In this document: positions 50,791 through 61,065 of the stretch, in pieces
Layout of the letters: each line of letters opens with the position of its first letter
How positions within the stretch are numbered: position 1 is the stretch's first letter
DNA from: Massalongia carnosa
Lineage: Eukaryota
DNA: 64,000 bases
Direction of reading: 5' to 3'
Assembly (NCBI GenBank): GCA_965645245.1
Contig: OZ287075.1
Span: 930,001 to 994,000, forward strand
Made by a program: the position numbers and the translations under genes
The notes under the pieces: generated by a model
Told to the model about the DNA's origin: nothing
Databases searched by the model: none
Seen by the model: only the letters and a program-made list of their open reading frames with translations

Positions 50791-50874
50791 CCGTGTTGCA
50801 AGACGAGAAGTAGGCAAACTATTGCTTAAGATCCGTGTTGCAAGGCGAGAAGTGGGCAAACTGTTGCTTAAGAT
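50791..50874 (+). repeat. Tandem duplication, 2 x 42 bp
   Basis: CCGTGTTGCAAG[A/G]CGAGAAGT[A/G]GGCAAACT[A/G]TTGCTTAAGAT at 50791 and 50833. Confidence 0.9.
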
Positions 50875-50952
50875 GTGCCGCCCATCATGTGATGAAAACG
50901 GCCCGATAGTGCAAGTCTTTTGCAATCGAACATTTTCTAACAAAAACATCCA

Positions 50953-52902
50953 ATGACCAGTCGCTCAACAAAGCTAGCAGAATTGCTAACCCCTTTATTT
51001 CAGGCGTGCGTCACGCAAGCGTATCATCCTCGCGAGTTCAAAAGAGCGAACACGATAACGCTCAAAAAACCGGGAAAGAAAGACAACACCAGCCCAAAGG
51101 CATATCGGCCCATAGCTCTCCTGAACACAATGGGTAAAGTTCTAGAAGCGGTCATCGCAAAGAAAATCACCCACATAGCGGAACAGCATCGGCTCTTGCC
51201 CGACACGCAAATGGGTGCTCGGCGAGGGCGATCCACCGAGTCCGCACTCGAGCTTCTCACAGAACAGGTATACACCGTATGGGGACAAGGCAACGACAAG
51301 GTGGCAACCCTACTCAGCATGGATGTGGCAGGTGCGTTTGACACGGTGTCTCACCGTAGGCTAATACACAATCTACGGAAAAGGAAAATTCCGAAATGGA
51401 TCACAGACTGGACAGCAAGCTTTCTGGAGAATAGGAAAACCACATTAGCAATAAATCGGCGAGCAACCGGGGAGTTCGCAGTGCGCACGGGCATTCCTCA
51501 AGGCTCGCCCATTTCCCCTATTCTGTATCTGTTCTACAACGCGGACCTATTAGAGATATGCCAGAGACCCGGCACGAACACGAGTGCGCTGGGATTCGTA
51601 GACGACGTAAACGTGTTGGCATACGGTAAAAGCACGGAAGAAAATTGCAGAACTCTTGAAAGAATTCACAGGAAATGCGAATTGTGGGCGACACGGCATG
51701 GCTCCGTATTTGCACCGGATAAATATGAACTCATTCATTTGTCAAGAAATCCAAAGAAATTCAACATGACGGCCACTATTCAAATTGAAACCAATCTGAT
51801 TGAACCAAAAACGGACATAAGAGTACTGGGCCTACAAATCGACACAAAACTAAAATGGGGAGCTCATATACGGAAGACGCAGGAAAAGATGACGTCGCAG
51901 TCGCTAGCGCTCACAAAAATCTCGGCATCCACCTGGGGAGCATCCTTCGCAAAGGCCCGGCAGGTCTACACCTCCGTCGTCCGCCCGGCAATGACATACG
52001 GAAGCGCCGTGTGGCACACGCCCAAGGAAATCAAGAAAAACAAGGCCACGATGTCCAAACTCAGTGTCATGCAGAACAAATGCCTACGCACTGTGGCAGG
52101 AGCGTTTAAAGCAACACCCGTCGAGGTTCTCGAAGCGGAAACTTTCATCGCCCCTATGGAGCTACACTTGGATCATCTGCAGATGAAAGCAAGATACCGC
52201 CTACGGGCCTCAGGGCAAGCGAAACTGATCACCACTGCCTGCAGCACAATAGCGAACAAGCTACGAGGCAAGGCAGGACGCAAACGAATACAACGCCCCA
52301 CCCTAGGAGATTTAAAACACGAATGGGCCAGCAAGATGCTAAACAACGAAGCCCCAGCCGCAATACCGCCGCCGCCCCGACCCTGGTCAGGACCCGACCC
52401 TGTCCGTCTCGAGAAATACATCACGGCACGCCGAATTATCGGAAAGCACGCAAAGACCATTACAGTACGAATCAAGGAGCGTTGGGAGACCAGGTGGAAG
52501 GCGTATCAGGACCGCGTTCCCTACCCAACAGAGGCACAGCTCGGACCACTCAACAGAACTAGATTGAAGATTCATGACAACTTGATGAAGGCGGAAAGCG
52601 CGCTAACCACGCAAATCCGCACTGAGAAAATAGGTTTGGCAAACTTCCTGTTCAATCGTCGGGTTCCGGGAGCTATGACTCCAGCTTGCTCGTGTGGCTG
52701 GCAGAAACAGACTGCCAAACACATCATATTACACTGCAGACTAATCGAAGGCAGATATGAGCTGCTCAGACAATTGGGCACCCACGACTACCGGACGATT
52801 ACGCGTTCGTCGAAAATGCTGAAAAAGCTAACTGCATGGATAATAAAAGCAAACTTGTTAACACAGTTCTCACTAGCATCGCAAATGTTATACGAGATAT
52901 AA
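50953..52902 (+). CDS. LINE ORF2 remnant: reverse transcriptase plus C-terminal CCHC motif, open frame of 649 aa
   Basis: YRPIALLNTMGK, QMGARRGRST, MDVAGAFDTV, GIPQGSPISP, GFVDD, VLGLQID and CSCG...HIILHC. Confidence 0.85.
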   Translation: MTSRSTKLAELLTPLFQACVTQAYHPREFKRANTITLKKPGKKDNTSPKAYRPIALLNTMGKVLEAVIAKKITHIAEQHRLLPDTQMGARRGRSTESALELLTEQVYTVWGQGNDKVATLLSMDVAGAFDTVSHRRLIHNLRKRKIPKWITDWTASFLENRKTTLAINRRATGEFAVRTGIPQGSPISPILYLFYNADLLEICQRPGTNTSALGFVDDVNVLAYGKSTEENCRTLERIHRKCELWATRHGSVFAPDKYELIHLSRNPKKFNMTATIQIETNLIEPKTDIRVLGLQIDTKLKWGAHIRKTQEKMTSQSLALTKISASTWGASFAKARQVYTSVVRPAMTYGSAVWHTPKEIKKNKATMSKLSVMQNKCLRTVAGAFKATPVEVLEAETFIAPMELHLDHLQMKARYRLRASGQAKLITTACSTIANKLRGKAGRKRIQRPTLGDLKHEWASKMLNNEAPAAIPPPPRPWSGPDPVRLEKYITARRIIGKHAKTITVRIKERWETRWKAYQDRVPYPTEAQLGPLNRTRLKIHDNLMKAESALTTQIRTEKIGLANFLFNRRVPGAMTPACSCGWQKQTAKHIILHCRLIEGRYELLRQLGTHDYRTITRSSKMLKKLTAWIIKANLLTQFSLASQMLYEI

Positions 52903-53105
52903 CTTCTCATTTTCGTCAAGGATTCTAAAGAAAAACGATCACAGAGAGCAGCCTGTTGCCAGCGAGGCTCCGGAGGTAGTGCGTAGTCTACGGGGTTTTT
53001 ATTCCCAAGAAGGGTTTTCCTTGTATGATAAACATAGACAGCCCGCATGGGCCGGCCTTCGGCCGGTGTCATATCGGAATAAGAATAAATCAATCAATCA
53101 ATCAA
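50963..53105 (+). mobile_element. 5'-truncated non-LTR retrotransposon (Tad/I-group LINE) with 13-bp TSD and (AATC)n tail
   Basis: TSD CCAATGACCAGTC at 50950-50962 and 53106-53118; tail AATCAATCAATCAATCAA at 53088-53105; RT ORF inside. ORF1 and the endonuclease domain are absent. Confidence 0.93.
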
Positions 53106-53450
53106 CCAATGACCAGTCTATGATTAGATTATGGCCTTTCTTGTTGTACTCGTCACATAGTCTCGAGTGCCTTGAAGGAACATCATCGAGATGCTTGGCA
53201 GATACGCCAGTTGATGACTACCATAAGGGCAGTTTGGGGGGTTTTGACGTGGTCTTGATATGATCTTGAGATCTTGATTATTCAGAGAGATGTGTCAAAA
53301 TGGGTACGCCAGATCGTTCCCGGTTTGTATGTTTTTCTGAGCGATTTCTTTACTGAAATGACTCAATATTTTTCTGCGCGTGCAAAATAGCTCGAAAATG
53401 CAAAATGAACTTGAAAATAATTTTACAATGAATAATTAAAAATAAATCAA

Positions 53451-53600
53451 AAATAAGAAAATAAGAAAATAAGAAAATAAGAAAATAAGAAAATAAGAAA
53501 ATAAGAAAATAAGAAAATAAGAAAATAAGAAAATAAGAAAATAAGAAAATAAGAAAATAAGAAAATAAGAAAATAAGAAAATAAGAAAATAAGAAAATAA
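53451..53600 (+). repeat. (AAATAAGA)n perfect tandem repeat, ~18.7 copies
   Basis: Read directly from the sequence; it explains the spurious FLIFLFSY-repeat ORF at 53350-53604. Confidence 0.95.
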
Positions 53601-53790
53601 CCAAATATCATGATGTTATAAACAACAGGTTGTCAAATCTAAGTGGCAGGAATCGCTTAGTAATTAGCGAGCTGCAAATGGGTTGAAAACGGGTAACTAC
53701 GAATCGTGTCTGCTTAGCATTGAACACGTCTCTCAGAGCATGCAGACAAACGGCTATATACGCAACTGGGACGAGTTCTAAAGCCCAATC

Positions 53791-55366
53791 ATGCGTTGGC
53801 TCATCTCTTGTGTCTTTCTTGTGTCGCTCGGATTGGTTCAGGCCCTCAGCAGCAACGGCAATCGATTGCTGGTTGTCATTGAGGAAGCTGCCGAGAAGGA
53901 GAAATATTCACAGTTTTGGGGGGATTTGGAAGGTAAACTATCCCATCTCGTTCAAGAATAACATCGAAACATTTGCTAACGCTCATATTCAAAAGGTCGA
54001 GGTTTCAGGCTGACGTTCGAGTCTCCTAAGAATGAAAACCTTGCTCTTTTTCGACTCGGAGAAAGAACGTTCGATCACATCATTTTACTTCCCCCGAAGT
54101 CAAAGGGTAGTTTTTCTTTAGTAGAAAATGTCGACCATGCGCTTACTTTAGGACAGGGTTTGGACCAGCACTCACTCCTAATATTCTCCTTCAATTCATC
54201 AACCAAAACGGCAACATTCTCCTAACTCTTTCCGGAGATTCCCCGACCCCAACCGCCATCTCCTCTCTCCTTCTGGAGCTAGACATCCACCTTTCCCCAG
54301 ACCGAACGTCTCTTGTGGTTGACCACTTCAACTATGATACTCTTTCTGCGGTCGAAAAACATGACGTACTTCTTTTACCCCATCCCTCGGCATTACGATC
54401 AGATGTGAAGAATTTCTTCGCAGGTCAAGGCACGATTGCTTTCCCGAGGGCTGTAGCTCAAGAATTAGGGAATAATAGTCCACATCTTGCTCCAATTTTG
54501 CGAGCGAAGAACACGGCATATAGCTATAATGCAAAGGATGAAACCCAGACGGTAGAGGACCCTTTCGCCGTGGGCGAGCAGATCTCGCTAGTCTCCAGTA
54601 TGCAAGCCAGGAATTCAGCAAGGTTTACCGTTTTCGGTTCTGTTGAAGCGCTGGAGAACAAATGGTTCGATGCCAAGGTCAAGAGCCCAGATGACAAGGG
54701 GACTAAAACCGCCAACCGCGCGTTTGCGAAACAAATCAGTGCGTGGACTTTTATGGAAACCGGCGTGCTGAAAGTTGGAAGAGTTGATCATCATCTGAGC
54801 TCAATCGGTGGAGGAGCTGCTGGGAACGACAGCGTCACCAAGGTTGGCTATCTGAACCCACCAATATACCGGATCAAAACCGATGTCGTAAGTGGATCTT
54901 TTATGTATCCTTCCCTTTATAGCTGCTGATACCTTGAAAGACCTTCAACATTGAACTCTCTGAATACTCCTTCGATCACCTTGACCCGTTGACCATCCCC
55001 TCCACTGACGCTCTTCAACTTGAATTCACCATGCTCTCACCCTTCCACCGCCTGAACCTCCAGCCTATCTCGCGATTCATCAACAGCACCGTCTATAGCA
55101 CCACCTTCAAGCTGCCCGACCAGCATGGGATCTTCGCATTCCGCGTTAACTACAAACGACCGTTCCTCACCAACATTGACGTTAAAAGGGAAGTCACGGT
55201 CCGCCATTTCGCCCACGATGAATGGCCCCGCAGCTGGGAGATCAGCGCTGGTTGGGTGTGGATCGCGGGCGTATGGATTACGGTCATCGGCTGGGTGGGG
55301 TTTGTGGCGCTCTGGCTTTGGAGCAAACCGGCATTTGAGCGGAGTCGGGGAAAAAAGGTGCAATAG
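53791..55366 (+). CDS. WBP1: Oligosaccharyltransferase subunit Wbp1/OST48
   Basis: Signal peptide, YSQFWGDLE|GRGF, QARNSARFTVFGS, QLEFTMLSPFHR, LPDQHGIFAFRVNYKRP, C-terminal TM segment and KKxx. Three introns. Confidence 0.94.
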
Positions 55367-55640
55367 ATAGATGTTTGTGTATTATTGGGTTTATTGTAGG
55401 AATAGGGTATAAAAGTAAAACGAAACTTTTGACCGTGCATCGGACCTACACCGGCCATATCAGTTTCCAGACATTAGTTGACTTCGTTGCCCGAGGAAGT
55501 TACCCACCTGGAGCGAATAAACCCCCACCATCATTTCATAACCCATCCCAAAAAGCACCATTCACATAAGTTAGCGTGCCTCCTCCCTCCCCAAATTCAG
55601 CCTCTCACTCACAAATCACCCCCACCATAAACTATCCTAC

Positions 55641-56035
55641 CTACCCAGCCCCTTCCTCCCCCTCCCGCTCCCCCTCCTCCTTTCCCCCCTTAACCCCCCC
55701 TATTGCGTTCCCCCCCCCATACAGCTGCCCCCCTCCCCCTCCTTCCAACTCCGCACTCACGGCCACGGGCTGATTCCCCCGAAAGCGTTTCCGCATGTCG
55801 ATCATGCCGCGCTTGCACTCGCCGTAGCCGCGCTTGAGCTGCTGGCACTGCAGCGGGAGCGTCTCGAGCAGGGGCGTGCGCAAGCAGTCAGCGGGCTGGT
55901 TGCGGTGCTGGAGCACGCAGGGCGAGGATTGGAGGCAGAGGGCTAGGGCGGCGCCTATATTTTGAGGGGGGGTTAGATGTGGGGGAAGATGGGGGGAGGG
56001 TAAAGCTTACGGATGTCTTTGCAGGACGAGGGCAT
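55641..56035 (-). CDS. PET191: Twin CX9C-type cytochrome c oxidase assembly factor Pet191/COA5
   Basis: MPSSCKDI|RAALALCLQSSPCV...CL...C...GYGECKRGMIDMRKRFRGN. Intron 55955-56010. Confidence 0.9.
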
Positions 56036-56742
56036 TATTTTTCTGGATTTGGTTCTTGGGGGGGGGGGGGACGAAAGCGGTTGTTTGGGATGGGGAGAGT
56101 TAGGAGGTTTGGTGAGTAGGGGTGGGAGTGGGATTGAGGGGGGAAAAGGTAACTAGATGATGGGGTTGGTTGAGAACTTTGATACACCTATAAAACGGCA
56201 CGTTTACAAGAACGGCATCCCGATGGGGGCATCACGGGCCGCGAAGCCGCCTCACTTTGCTGGTTTGCTAGTTAGTTACTCGGCGCCTGCTTCCCACCAT
56301 CCACGAAACCACATGAGGAAATCTAATCTTACATATCTACTGCTTGGGATTGGTCGATTCGTTTAACTTTGGGACTTTGGAGAGCGGCTATATAGGCAGG
56401 AGATCGCTCTGTGGCTCCTTTGTGAGAGGTAGGTAACTATGTAGGAACAGAACCGAGTGCTGGGGGAGCTGCTGTGTAACTTCACGTTCAAATCACGTCT
56501 CGTAGGTTTCTGTTTGTCTCTGCACTAAGTTCTACAGCCACTTCCATGAAGGCAGGTCCCCGCGCGGTAAGTGTGTGCCTGTTTCTAAGTATGGTGATGC
56601 TTTCAACGCAATGAATTTCATTCTTATTACGTGGTCCCGCTTTTGATGTTTGTTAAACTCGGTCTTCATTGGACTTGAAGAATGGTGATCCGAGGTGTTT
56701 TGTTGTCACGGTGTATTTGGTTATTTCTATCATGAGTTCATC

Positions 56743-59184
56743 ATGGGGCGGTATCAGTCCTGCAAGATTAAGGAAAACATTGCCTTGCTGCGAATGCTAG
56801 TCACGGAGCCCGAAAGGCCCGTAGAGAACCCTGCGCCCCATAACCTGGCGGAAAGAAATTATGCAGATCTCAGGCAGCTGAGTTTCAGGCGGGAGCGTGA
56901 TCTCGTGGACGATTTGGCTTTTCTATCGGCCTCAAGTGAAGACCCGGAAAAGGTAATGGCGGTTTGCGTCGAGGAGAATCCAAATCAGATGAGTTAGTGA
57001 TCCGTGTAGCTATGAACAATGGCGATTTGGATTTGGCAAAGCAGGGGTTAAGGAGAATTGCGGACATACTAGAACGAGCCGCACGACTATGTTGAGCCTC
57101 ACCTTTCATGGTTGTTTCTAATATTAATGATTGTTTCAGCGACTAAGCCAGAAGAAGAAGAACGAATACTTCTTCGGGAAATCATTTCTCTAAACCGTGA
57201 TAGAATCCTATCTCGTTTGCGATCGAGGCATGCCATAAGGTCCGCTAGATCGTGGAAAAAACCTTCAGTTATAAGACGGCTTGCGGATGCCATCTCTGCA
57301 GCTTCTAAGCTCAACGTGGTGCAAGTTGTGCCAAACGGAGACCTCGAAGCATTAATTCTTGAGACAAAGGAGCTTGCGGAAGTTTTCGCGCGACTCGAGG
57401 CCTTGCCAGCGGTCAAAGCTAGGCCTCGAGCTGGTGTAGAATTGCTCGCAGAAATCTTGCAGCGCGCTTACAGACTTGCGTTACGGGATAATCTAGAAAG
57501 CGCTATTAACCTTATCCCATGTTCTGGAGACTTCGGACCAGGAACAGGGTTTTCTTTGAAGACCGCCGTTGGGAAAATTGGCCGTTATCAGTCGGCTTGT
57601 CGCTTCTTGATAGTCGCTGCCCGAAGACACACAATTTTCAAGCATATTCGGGTTGAGGGTCAGGCCTGGTCGAGGCCCATCACCTCTGTCCCATCATCTA
57701 CACAGCCTGAAATCTCGCTCTCAGAAAACCTAAGCCGAATTTTACAACTTTGTACATTGGCCGAACGGGAACAAATAAGTCAAACACTTCTGCAAAGATC
57801 AGGTATCACCCTCTCTTCTGCGGAAGCCGAGTATCGTGGACTTCTAGCTTCGTCAAAGAAAAGATGTAAGGTCCACGCCGAGATACAGCTTATCTTCCAC
57901 TATGAGCTACATCCTGAAAGCGTCCCTCCTAGAGTGATCTGTTCTAGTAAAAGTGCTTGTTATTTGTGCAACCTGTTCAACCAAATCCATGGGAAATTTT
58001 ATATGCCAAGGACACATGGGGTTCTCTATGAAAAATGGAAGTTACCGGATCCATGAACAATGCCGGTCTCATCAGCGCGAGTTCAAGCGCTAGCTAAAAT
58101 TATTTCGCGGTTCAATAAAAATCTCGAAGACCGGATTCGATTGGCGTTGCTGACAGAGAGAATGCGGCGGTGCCACCCAAATGAGAGCATTTTTATTAAG
58201 CCTGCAATCTGGACACCATCAGTTCAATCACTCAGTGTAGATGCCATCCCTCAAGCCCCAATTTTAGTTTCCGGTTTAAAGATAAATTCTAATGCTCAGT
58301 TCAGCTTGTTGGATGTACCTGAGGCGTCTGAAGTCGATCCGGAAATCCCCCGAGTTGGTGATGATTGCATAACGGGAGAGGGAGAAGATAGGGGTTCAGC
58401 CATACCGGTATCATCTAGCCAGACGTCGCAAATCGCTGTGTGGTCAGAGGCTCCGGCACCGTCCTCAAGTTCTCGGATATCTGCTATGGCTTCGGGTCAG
58501 TTTTTGGATTCTAGAAGCCAGGACCGAGACCACGGCGATGCTGAAGATGATCCAGAGCCCGCGTTATCGGTCAGCAAATATGAAGTGATTCATGCGATGC
58601 TTCGTTCTACCCCGCAGCCCAAAAGCCTGATAGACGTGTTCCGGGACCCGAAGTCCGAAGTCCCCGTAATAAGGAATGGGCTGGAAACCCTTAATTCAAG
58701 CTGGGTCCATCTTGAGTCTGGCAGGTCCATTTTACATGGCACTAACGCTCCGCCTAAATTGGATGCTAATGCTTTGTTGCCAGCATACGAGCAGTTAACC
58801 CAGGGAATTCCTATCCAGCGAGAAGTGACAGCGATGGGCCGACCCATAATGTTCAGTACAAGGTATGTCCATCTCACGCTATCTCTAGACGCGCTGAGAA
58901 CGAAACACAACGATGCTCTCCGGGCTCCTGAAGGAAAAGACAAAATACCCTCAAGCACCGATGGAAAAGCTTGGGTGACGGTCAAGTGGCTCAAGGCGGG
59001 CGAAGGGCTGATAAGAAGCGAGGATGGAGTAAGTAATATGGTGACCTTGGATAGCGCTGCAAGAAACCTGGAGCATATTCTGACTCATGGCGCATCGGCT
59101 TCATCCATACCGTTGTATCTTGTTCACAAGGCAGACGATCTTGGGGTCAAATATACACCCGAAGCCATTTTGGCTCTCGAATAA
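56743..59184 (+). pseudogene. OTT_1508-like zinc-dependent nucleic-acid deaminase gene with a frameshift and an in-frame TGA
   Basis: VHAEIQL...ICSSKSACYLC deaminase motif and N-terminal LAFLS...VMAVCVEE. The frame breaks near AAA 56982-56984. TGA at 58054-58056 separates two in-frame ORFs. Confidence 0.75.
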
Positions 59185-59646
59185 TGAAACGCCCGCAGTC
59201 TTCTGCAAAGTAGTCTTGCGTGAACGAAACGGGCTACTCTGAATTATGCGCCAGTAATGGAGAGATCGGTTAAATCTAGCCGTAGCTGCTAAGTATCTGG
59301 TGATTTGGCAGCCAAACTGTATGCGGAAGATCTTTATTCCTGATGAGGGTTGCCAAATCACCAGCGAGAGGATACAGCATGGTAGCGCTAGCAAGCTGTC
59401 GAGATATTGGCATAACAAAAGCTAAAATTTTCCGATTTCCGAGTTCCGCATCAAACAGCAACGAGTAGCAACGCTTCGGAATTGAACTATTCCTGCATTC
59501 GATAGAAGCGCTGCTGACATTATCAGCTCAGCGATTTGCAGCTCTCGCGGGGTCAATTTTAGCGAGGGACTTTGAGACTGGCAACATCTTCACCTCGTTA
59601 ATCACCGACTGAGGCTGAACCCATTTTCTATCAGGTACTAACTCAA

Positions 59647-61065
59647 ATGGAATTGCGTCTTCTGGTCAACGTTGGTCTAAACCCGTCATCTGGCAATTCC
59701 ATCAACGTAGAGGGGAGACAATGGCACCTGACGGAACCCCTCGATATTTCCGATTCGAGCCGAGTTCCGGAATACATCTGCATCTCGTATCGCTGGGGCT
59801 CCGGGCGATGCCCCAGCCCGTTGGACAAGAGACGGCTCATTTCGGACCAGACGCTCCCAGCGCTAGGCGCGGCCGTTCGAAGTTTCCCCGCGTCGGCGTT
59901 CTGGATCGATGTGTTCTGCGTACCGGACGAGCAGCCCCAGCGAAACGCCACGTTGCGAAGCATGGGTTTTATATACCACATGGCTTCTGGCATCGTCGTG
60001 TCATTTTCTGGCCCCATTTTTGCTGTGCTCGAGCAGATGAAGCGGTCTGATCGGATTAGCGAGGCGCAACTTGAAGTTCTGGAGCAGGATGAGTGGATTT
60101 CCAGCGTATGGACTTATCAAGAGGTCATGAACAGCAAGACGGGGCGACTTCATTTTGTTAGCACTCAGATTGGCGACGCGGTAATTGACGGGGAAGTCTT
60201 CTTGAATCGCTTGGGGTATTCCCTATTCTTGTACATAAGGGCAAATGGGCTCAGCAGTTTCGATATCCGCAGCCGGTTCCCCAGACTAGATGCTATGGAA
60301 GATTTGATTGCAGATTGGAGACTTGCAGCATATCTGGAGATATCTGCATTGCAAATTCTATCGAACCTGGATCGACGTTCCGCGATCGACCCTAAGAACT
60401 ACCTCTACGCCTCGCTGGGAGTCATCTCAACGAACCCGTCCTGGTTAAGCGTAGATTCGACAACCGCCCAGTTATCGGAAAGCTTCATGGATATATGTGA
60501 GCAGAAGAATGACTATTCATTCATCTACTCTTCTACTCCACGGGATGAAACTCCCGGGAAACGCTGGCGGCCAAGCCCAGGTCTTCTCCACGCAATCCTC
60601 CCAACGCATTGTGACGGTAGTGCCCAGAGAGGTCGCTATGGCCCTGAGGGCTTCTGGATTGATTCGGTAATAAAGCTTGAGATAGCTGAGCAGTTAGGCA
60701 TAGATGCCAGGGAAGACATCATCCAAAGGTTTAAAATATCTAATACGGAGAGCAGTTCCGATGATGCGATTGCTTCCAAGACATTTCATTGCCTTCAGCA
60801 AATAGGCTTTACAGGGAGGAATAGGTATGTACTATCACAACAGGGTTTCTTTTTCCCGCAGAGCCTGGTAAAGGATAGTGCTCACCTGACAGTTCTTGTT
60901 ACCACCGAAATAGCCTGGTATTTCGGTGGTCCGGGTATAGCTAGAATAGTCACCGAAGGAACTGAAAGCTTTACTCCAGGAGTTTTTGTGGGTACGCTTG
61001 CCAAAGAATCTGCCTTGTCAATTTTGCTGGACAGCACAAGTGTGCCAAGGAGCTCATCAGCCTGA
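59647..61065 (+). CDS. HET-domain (heterokaryon incompatibility, PF06985-like) protein
   Basis: Three HET blocks: YICISYRWG, FWIDVFCVP...MGFIY and WISSVWTYQE. Intact 472-aa ORF. Confidence 0.85.
   Translation: MELRLLVNVGLNPSSGNSINVEGRQWHLTEPLDISDSSRVPEYICISYRWGSGRCPSPLDKRRLISDQTLPALGAAVRSFPASAFWIDVFCVPDEQPQRNATLRSMGFIYHMASGIVVSFSGPIFAVLEQMKRSDRISEAQLEVLEQDEWISSVWTYQEVMNSKTGRLHFVSTQIGDAVIDGEVFLNRLGYSLFLYIRANGLSSFDIRSRFPRLDAMEDLIADWRLAAYLEISALQILSNLDRRSAIDPKNYLYASLGVISTNPSWLSVDSTTAQLSESFMDICEQKNDYSFIYSSTPRDETPGKRWRPSPGLLHAILPTHCDGSAQRGRYGPEGFWIDSVIKLEIAEQLGIDAREDIIQRFKISNTESSSDDAIASKTFHCLQQIGFTGRNRYVLSQQGFFFPQSLVKDSAHLTVLVTTEIAWYFGGPGIARIVTEGTESFTPGVFVGTLAKESALSILLDSTSVPRSSSA

Noticed and set aside
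53350..53604. 84-aa FLIFLFSY-repeat ORF
   Set aside because: Translation artefact of the AAATAAGA tandem repeat.
22224..61065. NADAR + RtcA + deaminase + HET as one nucleic-acid repair/defence cluster
   Set aside because: Spread over ~39 kb and separated by many unrelated housekeeping genes.
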